Shown one piece after another: positions 52,368 to 61,753 of a stretch of DNA of 64,000 bases. This DNA is from an uncultured Acidobacteriota bacterium (GTDB lineage: Bacteria; Acidobacteriota; UBA6911). The DNA lies in NCBI GenBank assembly GCA_963827655.1, contig CAWHCF010000036.1:64001-128000 (forward strand), in the 5' to 3' direction. The position numbers and the translations under genes were made by a program. Within the stretch, counting starts at the first letter, position 1. Each line of letters begins with the position of its first letter. The notes below the pieces were generated by a model that saw nothing but the letters and a program-made list of their open reading frames with translations, did not search any database and was not told the origin of the DNA.

Positions 52368-54048
52368 TCAGAACGGCATCCGCAGGAACTGGATGATCTG
52401 ACTGAGAGCGAGAAGCTTCAGCCTGGCATCCGGGAGCGACCGGACGTAAGTTAGTGCGCCGGCGAAGTTATCGCGGGCATACTCGGCAACCAGCATCGCC
52501 TCCAGGTGGTCGGCCGGGCCCGCAGGAAATCGCGTAGGGACCCATGCCTCCTTGGGGAAACGGAACCATGCCTCCTTGGGGGAAGGGACCCCCGGAAACG
52601 CCAAAACCGAAACCCGCAGCCTGCCCCTGTTGTTCTTCCCGCAGGTCGGAGGCCAGGATGAACCCTTCCTTCAGGAGTCCGGGATCTACCTCACCGTCAA
52701 CCATGCGGTAGGCGCGGACGAGCATCTGCAGGTTCGTGGCTCTTCGGGTCTTCGGCTCGATTTTCGGCAGGAGCGCGCGTGCGGCGTCCAGGGCCATCAC
52801 GGCAAGATCCGGATCCTCCCAGTTTACCCGCTGCGCAAACTGGATGAGGGCGTCGGCGCTCGCGGGGTCCTGGGCGATCTCGGCGATTTTCTGGCGGCCC
52901 GCGGCCGGGTCGCGCCGGGCTGCGGTGCGCACTTCGTTATAGAGCTGATTCGAGGGGTGACTGGAGGAGTAGGTGTTCGGACCCGCTGGTCCGCCTGGTG
53001 GCATCCCACCGCCTCCCCAGCTCCGCGAGCCCATTCCTGCGCCGGTTAGGCTGACACGCTGGCCGCTCGAGAAAACCGTATCGATGCCCCCCATCCGATC
53101 GAGCTTTGCCTTCAGATCGGGAGCCTGGGCTATGAACTTCGAGGCAAGATCGAAACGGCCTCCCGACGCCTGGACCGCATTGAGAAGCACCGTTTCCCCG
53201 GCAGTGAGGTCGATGCTCCGCTCACCCACGGTGAGCCGACTGCCTGCCTCCTGGTTCATGCCGGCCGCGCCTCGGGCCAATGACGCGAAGGCCTCGGCTG
53301 CCTTGGCCGGGTCGATTGCCGCCGTGTGCATCATGAGCTGCCCGTACTCGTGCGACTTCTTTATGTCGAGTGTCGATGCGGCCAGGTCGCGAAGGGTCTG
53401 GTCCAGGATCTTTGAGGCTTGCTCCTTGCTACCCGTGGCAGCCAGGTGCTGGGCGATGCGTCCTCGGGCGGCCCAGCTCTCGTCGCCCCCCTCCGCCAGG
53501 AGCGCCGCGGCCCGTTCCGGGTCGCGCATGGCGAGCGTGTTCAGGGCCTGCTGCCGGAACTGCGATTCCATCTCACGCCGGGCAGCCTCGCCCGCCTCGC
53601 CGGCGCGCGACGGGGGCGCCGGCCAGGTTCGGATCAGCTCCTGGGCCCGGTCGAAGTCGATCTCGGAGTAGGCGGATGCAAGCGACTGCGCCGCCTGGGT
53701 CGCGCTCTGGTACCCGCGGGCATCCTCGGCGTTCCCCGCCGCAGTCCGCAGCGCCCGGTAGAGTTCCTCCAGGTTCGGCTTCGCCTCGGGGCGGTTGATC
53801 TGAACCCAGCTCTGGGCAACGGGACCGATCAGCAAGGCGCTTGCCGCATCGACCCGCCGGGCCAGCTCGGTGGCCTCACGAAGGGCGAGGCGCATGTTCT
53901 GGAGCCGCTCGGGCGTGACACGAAGCCGATGGGCGGCGCGCTTGAGCTCGCGAGAGCCCGGCGCCACCACAGCCACCTGGGCCCAAAGTGTCGATGCCAC
54001 AACCAGCACAGCGATTGTGCCCTGGGCGATGGAACGGAAGGTATGCAT
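52368..54048 (-). CDS. Secreted helical-repeat hypothetical protein, frameshift near the 3' end
   Basis: Signal peptide, Ala-rich helices; C-terminus GPADHLEAMLVAEYARDNF in the next frame. Confidence 0.65.
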
Positions 54049-54120
54049 AAGTCTCCTCGGACCGGTAAAACTGATGCCATTATAGACGCCGCCGACTGCC
54101 GTTGTGTTCCGAATCTGCTT

Positions 54121-54290
54121 CCTTGTGTTTCTTTGCGTCTTTGCGTCCTGGTGGCATTTTGTTTAGCTGTCGTACCACGAAGACTCGAAGACTCTAAGGT
54201 TTGTTCGGGGACTTCGCCCTGAACGAAAGCCCCCCTGTGAACGACAACATGCTGGTTTGTACGTTTTACTAAGCGCTAAGAAATACGAAG
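54121..54290. repeat. Two-arm hairpin (junction repeat 14) hosting element copy E
   Basis: ccttgtgttt-ctttgcgt-ctttgcgt-cctggtgg ... taccacgaag-actcgaag-actCTAAG[..]aaatacgaag. Confidence 0.85.
54194..54280 (+). mobile_element. 82-bp CTAAG-flanked hairpin element, copy E
   Basis: Diverged copy; tttgttcgggg/ccctgaacgaa stem. Confidence 0.8.
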
Positions 54291-56914
54291 ATGACCGAAC
54301 GCCTGCCAATCTACGAAATTGAGAACGAATCATCGCCATGACGGAGGCTGCTCTGCCTATCATTCCCAATCGCGAGAACACGCCTGCCGATCTACGAAAT
54401 CGAGAACGAAATCATCGCCAGATTGAAGGCGGCCAGGCGTCTTGTGCTCCAGGCGCCTACCGGCTCCGGCAAATCCACACAAGTACCTCAGATGCTGCTC
54501 GAACACGGATTGCTCGACAACGGCCGGGTGGTGATTCTCCAGCCACGGCGGCTTGCTGCGCGATTGCTCGCAGCGCGCGTGGCGCGCGAACTGGAGGTGG
54601 AACTTGGGCGTGAGGTCGGTTACCAGGTGCGATTCGAGAATGCGACCAGCGAGGCCACGCGCATCAAGTTCGAAACCGAAGGAATTCTGCTGCGCCAGTT
54701 GATCCAGGATCCGGCCCTCACTCGGAATTCAGGCGTTGATCTTCGACGAGTTCCACGAACGGCATCTCTACGGCGACATTACCCTGGCGCGCGCGCTGGA
54801 CATCCAGGAACAGAGCCGGCCCGACCTGCTCATCATCGTGATGTCCGCCACACTCGATGCAGGGGCGCTGGAAGAGTATCTCTCGCCCTGCGCGGTCCTG
54901 ACCTCTGAAGGGCGGACGTTTCCGGTAAACGTGGACTATCTGCCGCAGTCGACTGGGCAGCAATGCGCCACCCGTATGGGATCTTGCTGCCGATGCATTT
55001 TCAAAATACGCGCGCGCTGGCGACGGCGATGTCCTCATTTTCATGCCGGGCGGATACGAAATCAGCCGGACCATCGAAGCCATCCGACACAAGCGGGAAG
55101 CCAAGGGCTACATTCTTCTCCCCCTGCACGGCGAATTGCCGCCCCGGGATCAGGACGCGGCTGTGGCGCGCTACACTCAGCCGAAAGTTGTGGTCGCAAC
55201 CAATGTCGCCGAGACATCCATTACCATCGACGGCGTGCGGTTGGTGATCGATAGCGGCCTCGCGCGCATCGCGCGCTACGATCCTAATCGCGGGATCAAC
55301 ACCCTGCTGGTGGAACGGATCAGCCGATCCAGTTCCGAGCAGCGGGCCGGTCGCGCAGGACGCACGGCGCCGGGACAGTGTTCGAGGCTTTGGTCGAGGC
55401 CCGAGCAGGAGGAAAGGCCCCAGCAGGAATTGCCTGAGATCAAGCGGCTCGATCTCTCCGAAGTGATCCTTACGCTCAAGGCGACCGGGGTAGAAAACCT
55501 GCGTAAGTTTCGCTGGCTGGAAGCGCCGAGTGACACGGCTCTGAATCATGCCGAGGAGTTGTTGTGCGATCTGGGAGCCCTGGCGCATGAAGCACACCAT
55601 ACCGTGATTACCGAACTCGGCCGCCGCATGCTCGCGTTTCCGGTCCATCCCCGCTACGCTCGCATGTTGCTCGCGGCGCAGGAATATGGCTGCGTTTATC
55701 AGGCGTGTCTCGTGGCGGCGCTGACTCAAGGACGCGACCTGCTTCTGCGGAATCCGAGCAAGGATGTGTCGGCGGCGCGCGAGGATTTGTTTGGCGACAA
55801 GAATTCGTCCGATTTTTGGATTCTCATGCAAGCGTGGAATTACGCCTCGAGGAATCAGTTCCGGATGGATGCTCTTGGCAAGCTCGGCATTCACGGTGTC
55901 ACGGCGCGGCAGGTTGGGCCGCTGCACTCCCAATTCCTGCGAATCGCCCGTGAGGAAGGTCTCGACATCGAGCAGCGCGAGATCAAGGATGAGGCCCTGC
56001 GGAAGTGCATTCTCATTGGTTTCAGCGATCGCGTGGGGCGGATCGATCAGGACACGCGGCGGTGCGAACTTGTGCATGGCCGGAGAGGCACGCTGGCGCG
56101 GGAAAGCGTGGTGCGACAGAGCTCTCTCATCGTGGCGGCGGAGATTCAGGAACTAGGCGGTCGCCCGGGCGAAGTGAATACGATTATCTCCCTTGCCACT
56201 GCGATCGAACTCGAGTGGCTGCGTGAACTTTTTCCGAACGACATGCAGACGGAGGTGCGGGTCGCCTTTGATTCCGCAACCAGGAGGGTACAGGCGCACG
56301 ATTCTCTGCGTTTCCGGGATCTGGTGGTGGCTGCCAGGCGCGTGGAACCGCCGCCGGCCGATGCCGCCGCGCGGTTACTTGCAGAGGAGGTCAGCGCCGG
56401 GCGACTGCGGTTGCCGAACTGGGATCACGGCGTCGAGCAATGGATCCTCAGACTGAATCTGCTCGCGCAATGGTGCCCGGAGCTCGAACTGCCGCCAATT
56501 CGAGTGGAGGACCGGCAACATATCGTCGAGCAGATCTGTCTCGGCGCACTGGGCTACAAGGATATTAAAGACCGGGACGTGAAGCCCGTGGTCAAATCCT
56601 GGCTTTCGGCCAGTCAACGTGCACTGCTCGACAAGCACGCGCCCGAGCGGGTCACTCTTCCCAACGGACGGACGCCCAAGGTGGCTTACGAGGCATCCGG
56701 GCCGCCCTATATTTCATTGCGAATACAGGAACTGTTCGGCGTGACAACAACCCCCAGAATTGCGCTGGGCCGGGTGGCGCTCAGCGTCCACATTCTGGCC
56801 CCAAGCATGCGACCCGTGCAGGTTACCCAGGACCTGGCGAACTTCTGGCGCGAACATTACCCTCGGCTTAAGTCCGAGCTGCAAAGGAAGTATCCCAAGC
56901 ATGAGTGGCGCTGA
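54291..56914 (+). CDS. hrpB: ATP-dependent RNA helicase HrpB, frameshifted
   Basis: APTGSGKST, QPRRLAAR, DEFHER, MSAT, ATNVAETS, QRAGRAGR, RKYPKHEW. Confidence 0.93.
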
Positions 56915-56982
56915 TCAGGGATCAGGATGTGCGACATTTCTTCGCGCGCACTTGAATTCGGGGAGTGCTCCTACCAGTGGGT

Positions 56983-58260
56983 TCATTTGTTCGACGTGTT
57001 TTTTTTCTCGAAAATGAGGGCATCAATAGTAACCGAGTGAGCCGCAGCCCGATTCGCAGGTTTTGCCAGAATCGACTCTGCGCGTGCCTCCATATCCTTG
57101 GCCTCGAGCTTTCGCCCCATTTCCCGAAGGACAACAGCGTAGTAGCTCAGACTCCTGGCCACGTCGGGGTGTTCAGGTCCCAGGGCGCTCTCCTGGATCT
57201 CCAGCGCTGCCCGCAAACATCGTTCAGATTCGGAGAACCGGCCTGAGTCGTAATAGACAGACCCTAAGCTGACAAAAATGGTTGCGATTTGAGGGTGCGT
57301 GCGCCCCAAGACTTTCTCCCCGATGGACTTCGCTCTGAGGTAAAGTGTTTCTGCGTCAACCAGACCTCCTCTCTCATAGACGAGCGTCGCCAGGTTGTTC
57401 AGAATGGCGACAATGTCCGGATGCTCGGGCCCAAGACTCTTCTCCTTAATCTTCAGTGCTTTCTGGTAGTACGATTCCGCCTGTGCGAGATCCCCTTGCG
57501 CGTGCCGAACCGCAGCCAGATTGTTCAGACATGGGGCAACGTCGGGATGGTCCGCGCCCAGTGCATTCTCGCGAATAGCCAGGGCCCGCCGGTAGAGCTT
57601 CTCGGCCTCGGGATAAAGTTTCTGGAGTCGATAAAGCTCACCCAGATTGATTAAACTCTGGCTTAGCCTTGGATCATGCAGCCCCGGAGCGTTTTCAAAA
57701 ATCGAAATGGCGCGCCGGAGCATGCTCTTCGCTTTCGCATACTGGCCCTGAGTGCTGTAAAGCAGGGCCAGGTTGTTGAGACTTTCCGCGACGTCCGCAT
57801 GGTCTGCCCCATGAATTTTCTCCCGGAGAGCGAGGGCTTGCCGGAAGAGTGGCTCCGCCTGGGCGTATTGGCCCTGGTCGTAAGCCAGGGCCGCCAGATT
57901 ATTGAGCGTGGTCGCAACATCCCTGTCTTCTTTACCCCGAGTCGCCTGCAGAATTCCCAGGACGCGCCGATAAAGCGCCTCAGCCTCACCGTATTTGGAT
58001 TGGGCTTGATAAACTGCTGCCAGGTCATTCAGGGTGCTGAGTAACCGCGGATCCCCCTCCCCAAACGTTCGAGCCTCCTCAAGGGCAATCAAGTAGCTTC
58101 TTTCGGCTTCGGCGAATCTTCCTTGCGCCGTGAATTTCTTGCCGTCATTCATGGATTCCTGCCAGAAGCTTTCCTGCGCCGCGATTGTCAAAGCGGCGAA
58201 GGCGAGATAGAAGCCTCCCCGCAGCAAAAAGCATCCCAAGAGGGCCTTGGAGCTCATCAT
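56983..58260 (-). CDS. Secreted tetratricopeptide-repeat protein
   Basis: Repeated HPDVA..LNNLA..Y..QG.Y..AE units. Confidence 0.92.
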   Translation of the reverse strand: MMSSKALLGCFLLRGGFYLAFAALTIAAQESFWQESMNDGKKFTAQGRFAEAERSYLIALEEARTFGEGDPRLLSTLNDLAAVYQAQSKYGEAEALYRRVLGILQATRGKEDRDVATTLNNLAALAYDQGQYAQAEPLFRQALALREKIHGADHADVAESLNNLALLYSTQGQYAKAKSMLRRAISIFENAPGLHDPRLSQSLINLGELYRLQKLYPEAEKLYRRALAIRENALGADHPDVAPCLNNLAAVRHAQGDLAQAESYYQKALKIKEKSLGPEHPDIVAILNNLATLVYERGGLVDAETLYLRAKSIGEKVLGRTHPQIATIFVSLGSVYYDSGRFSESERCLRAALEIQESALGPEHPDVARSLSYYAVVLREMGRKLEAKDMEARAESILAKPANRAAAHSVTIDALIFEKKNTSNK

Positions 58261-58465
58261 CGGTTCCCCCGCTCGTTTGCCGCGCTTTTTTCCTGGGCCC
58301 GGCTGAAGAGTGCCGGACCCGTATAGAAAACGGGCGGCACAGAGGCCCTACACTGCTGTTTAGCGATTGGGCTCCACAAGTGAGAGGGGGTAATCTAACG
58401 GTGAACTCACGTCGAAGCAGCGGGTCTATGTTGTTCCAAGGTCGTAAGATGAGGTTGGAGTAAAT

Positions 58466-58760
58466 ATGGACCGCACTGTACTGCCGGCGAGTAGTACGGA
58501 CCGGCCTGCTGACGTCTCGCAACCGATCTCAGTTGAAGCAATGCGAATGCAGCTTGAAAAGATTCTGGCCAGGCGGCCGGTCGGACCGGCAAGGAATGTG
58601 CATCATTTTCACAGCGTCGCGCGTCGTTCGTTATTCAAAGTCAATTCGGGTTACCTGGGAATGTCTCTCACGCGCGACCAGCTCGTCTTCAGCATGGGCG
58701 AGATTACCGGCAACATTTGGATGGCGGAATTTGGGAGCGGTCACGCGGCCAGATCGCTGA
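58466..58760 (+). pseudogene. Internally deleted paralog of the 41775-44108 TolB-like gene
   Basis: ISVEAMRMQLEKILA fused to RRPVGPA..HSVARRSL..GMSLTRDQLVFSMGEITGNIWMAE. Confidence 0.8.
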
Positions 58761-58783
58761 CTCACCGTCGCAGCGGACAGGAT

Positions 58784-58858
58784 TCTGGCGTTTCTTGGTG
58801 TCTTCGCGTCTTGGCGGTATTTTTTCCGCAGCACAAACCACCTGAGAATCCGAAGAAG
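58784..58858. repeat. Left arm plus degenerate right arm (junction repeat 15)
   Basis: tctggcgttt-cttggtgt-cttcgcgt-cttggcggta. Confidence 0.8.
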
Positions 58859-58881
58859 ACTTGGTTGGGGCCGGTGGCTTC

Positions 58882-60438
58882 CTACTCAGACGGCTTCGGG
58901 GCCAGGTCTCCAAAGAGATCGGTGTACAGAGCCTCCACGCGAGTTGCTTCTTCCTCGGTCAGCGCTTGAAACTCCTTCTCACGAGCGCGTCTTGACAGAT
59001 GTCCACCGCCTTGCGCGAGAAACCCGCGAAGCCGATCGACTTCCCGGTCCGGCATCTCGACAATCTCCTTTACCGCTGCCGAGAATTTGTCGAATCTTTC
59101 CAGGAAATGGACTTCTTCCGGGAGATCGTGCTCCACGGTCTGCTCGACGCATGAATAGAGAAATTCGGCATGCGCGGTTGCGTCGAAATAGCGATAGTAA
59201 TCGGCTGTGTCGTTCATGACTTCCACGTTGCCATCCGTTGTGGCGCGCCATTCGATGAACGGCAAAAGGGCCGCCGAGTACGACTCGAGCACAGCTCGAT
59301 ACTCATCGAGCCGCCGAAGAATGGCCGCACTGATCGGAAACACGATGCCGGGCGGGTTGTACCCCGCCGTGGCGAGCACGTGATGAATCAGCCACCGATG
59401 CAGGCGGCCATTGCCATCGACGAACGGATGGACGTAGACAAATCCGAACGCCATGGCGGCAGCGGCAGCAACGGTATCAACACCACCCGAGAGTGAACGG
59501 CCATCATATTCAATAATGCCGCCGAGCAGATCTCTGAGATCCTGCGGCCGCGCGCTGATGTGGTTAGGGACGGGTTCCTGTGTGTCCCTGTCGTGTGTCC
59601 CGACGAATCCGTTTTGATCGCGGAGTCCGAGCTTCACAAAGCGTGCATCGCCAATGACGATACGCTGAAGCCGTTCCAATTCGTCGATCGTGATCGGGCG
59701 AACACCCGCCTCGCCAATCGCGCGGGCCCACCGCGCGGCTCGGGCGCTTGACGGACGTTCACCCTCGATCGCGAAGGAGGATTTTGAGTCGCTGAGAAGA
59801 AGAAATGCCGCGGCCCTTGTAACGAGGTCCCTTCGTGTCCGACCGATGATTTCGTGGGCGCGGGAGTCGAGTCCTTTCGCGACGGCTGCTCTAAGCGCGG
59901 GCGTCCATCGAATCATGGGACAAAAGCCGCGCGTTCCAGGCAGATTGTCGATTATCTTGTGGCGCGACGATCGTGCGCCCTTCTTGAGAGCGACCTGCTG
60001 TTCCGGGTCGACGATTGCTATAACGCGAACCTTGCCAGGATCTGGCAGGTCGAGCTCACGTCCGGTAAGCCACTCATAGAGAAACCAGATCCTGCGCGCG
60101 AAAGCTCCCGTTGGCGTTGCCCGTACAACAGCGGCGACCTCTTTGGGCTCCACGACCTTGAAGAGAGCTGCCAGGACACCGAGAGCGACACCTTCCCACT
60201 TCAATGCGAAGACGAGCTGTCCCCCGAGCGTATCGGGAGGACGATGACGCGGTGTCAGGAACTGCCAGGACGGGTTCGGTGCAGGGTGGTGTCGCTCGGC
60301 AATGGCGGTCAGCCGGGGAGGCATGGGAACTGCCAGGTCGAAGCGTTCTATGAGTGCGGCATAACCTGCGGGAATCCCAGGTTCAGACAGCGGTCGTCCG
60401 TGAAAATGATTCACCAGCTGCGAAGGCCAATCACTCAT
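58882..60438 (-). CDS. Fic-domain protein
   Basis: HPFVDGNGRLHR; SSFAIEGE. Confidence 0.93.
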   Translation of the reverse strand: MSDWPSQLVNHFHGRPLSEPGIPAGYAALIERFDLAVPMPPRLTAIAERHHPAPNPSWQFLTPRHRPPDTLGGQLVFALKWEGVALGVLAALFKVVEPKEVAAVVRATPTGAFARRIWFLYEWLTGRELDLPDPGKVRVIAIVDPEQQVALKKGARSSRHKIIDNLPGTRGFCPMIRWTPALRAAVAKGLDSRAHEIIGRTRRDLVTRAAAFLLLSDSKSSFAIEGERPSSARAARWARAIGEAGVRPITIDELERLQRIVIGDARFVKLGLRDQNGFVGTHDRDTQEPVPNHISARPQDLRDLLGGIIEYDGRSLSGGVDTVAAAAAMAFGFVYVHPFVDGNGRLHRWLIHHVLATAGYNPPGIVFPISAAILRRLDEYRAVLESYSAALLPFIEWRATTDGNVEVMNDTADYYRYFDATAHAEFLYSCVEQTVEHDLPEEVHFLERFDKFSAAVKEIVEMPDREVDRLRGFLAQGGGHLSRRAREKEFQALTEEEATRVEALYTDLFGDLAPKPSE

Positions 60439-60688
60439 CGTTCTCTCAGCGAAAAATCGTCATCACAAGCCGAGCCGACTAGTCTCAGAAGTGCGAATTT
60501 GTTTCACCATTTGCGACATACTATCACAATTGTCGATGAACGCGAAAATAGTTCACCGAGTGGTGTCCGGAACGATCAATGAGGGGAAGGATCGCGAATG
60601 AGGGTCTTTTGATAAGGGTGGAGGAAGCGCCGACAGAACCACTCAACTGGCTGGCGGACGCGGGAGCGCTACTCGGTTGAGAGAACAG

Positions 60689-61651
60689 CTACATTTCACA
60701 GGCACGCATCACGGTTTCCTGCACAAGCAGGTCTTCCTCCGGCGTCACCGAAAGCGGTTTCTTCAACCGCACCGCCTCTTCCAGCTCCGCGAAGTCGTCC
60801 ACGAAGCGGCGGTAGGAACGCACGGACACCGTCTGCATCCCCTCCTGGTACGGTCCGGCAGCCTTTGCCAGGTCGATCGCCAGCGCCGGAGGTTCGATGG
60901 GCCGCACCACGGCCGTGCCGTTCGTCCCCAGAATCTCGAAGAACCGGTGCGGCCAGGCATTCGGCTGCAGTACCGCGGCGGTGATGATGGCCAGCGCCCG
61001 CGGATATTCCAGTACCGCTACCGTGTTGTCCATCAGCCGATCGTCAAACCGTCCGTGGCTGCGCAGGAATGGCGTCACCTTCTGCGGGCGCCCCAGGAGG
61101 CGCGCCGTGATGTCGATGATGTGCGAACCTTGCTCGAACATCTGCCCGCCTTTGAAGCGCGCCCATTCAGCCCGTGCCCGGGGCGCCACCAGCGTGTTCA
61201 TGGTGCCGCGCACAACGTAGATCTCGCCCAGCCACCCCTTGCGCCCGGCCTCGAGCGCTGCGTTGATGGCCGGATTGTAGCGCCACATGTACCCCATCTG
61301 AAGCAGCAGGTGCTTGCGCTGCGCGGCGTCCACCATGGAGCGGAACACCGCCAGGCGGTCGGCCGGTGGTTTTTCCAGGTGCACGTGCTTGCCTGCTTCG
61401 AGAGCCGCCTCGCCGTCGCGGTTGTGGTCGCGCACCTCGGATTCCACGGCGATCACCTGGATAGAGGAATCGTTCAGCACCTGGGCGCGCGAAAGCAGCG
61501 GGATGCCCGCTTTCTCATACGGCGCCCGGAACTCCGGATCGTCTTCGCTCACCCCCATCAGCTCCCAGCGTGGATTCTCCATGACCACTTTCGCTTTGTC
61601 GAAAGCGTGCGAGTGGCTGCCACCCAGAAATGCGATGCGGGTCCGATCCAT
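60689..61651 (-). CDS. Gfo/Idh/MocA oxidoreductase
   Basis: GKHVHLEKP, QMGYMWRYNP, GGQMFEQGSHIID. Confidence 0.92.
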   Translation of the reverse strand: MDRTRIAFLGGSHSHAFDKAKVVMENPRWELMGVSEDDPEFRAPYEKAGIPLLSRAQVLNDSSIQVIAVESEVRDHNRDGEAALEAGKHVHLEKPPADRLAVFRSMVDAAQRKHLLLQMGYMWRYNPAINAALEAGRKGWLGEIYVVRGTMNTLVAPRARAEWARFKGGQMFEQGSHIIDITARLLGRPQKVTPFLRSHGRFDDRLMDNTVAVLEYPRALAIITAAVLQPNAWPHRFFEILGTNGTAVVRPIEPPALAIDLAKAAGPYQEGMQTVSVRSYRRFVDDFAELEEAVRLKKPLSVTPEEDLLVQETVMRACEM

Positions 61652-61664
61652 GCGTCTAACAAAT

Positions 61665-61702
61665 GACCACGAAGAACTCACAAGACACGAAGAAACACCA
61701 AG
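61665..61702. repeat. Single right arm (junction repeat 16)
   Basis: gaccacgaag-aactcacaag-acacgaag-aaacaccaag. Confidence 0.85.
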
Positions 61703-61753
61703 AGTCTTTGCCAAAAAACAAGCAGTCACTCTTAGCCTGGCGCCCGCGCTCGC

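Noticed and set aside
52540-52600. 24-bp tandem duplication (FPQGGM twice)
   Set aside because: Ordinary low-complexity linker inside a CDS.
54291-54425. DGR template/variable repeat pair
   Set aside because: Too short, differences are not adenine-specific, and there is no reverse transcriptase.
11727-56914. Programmed frameshifting or mass pseudogenisation
   Set aside because: Scattered single-base indels without slippery motifs in otherwise intact genes fit long-read error better.
37300-61665. Classical integron attC sites (GTTAGAC on the minus strand near 37320 and 61655)
   Set aside because: GTTAG/CTAAC face the loop rather than the ends, genes lie in both orientations, and no intI or attC box structure is visible.
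366-61702. Junction repeats as a CRISPR array
   Set aside because: Repeats are dispersed kilobases apart and degenerate, there are no regular spacers, and no cas genes.
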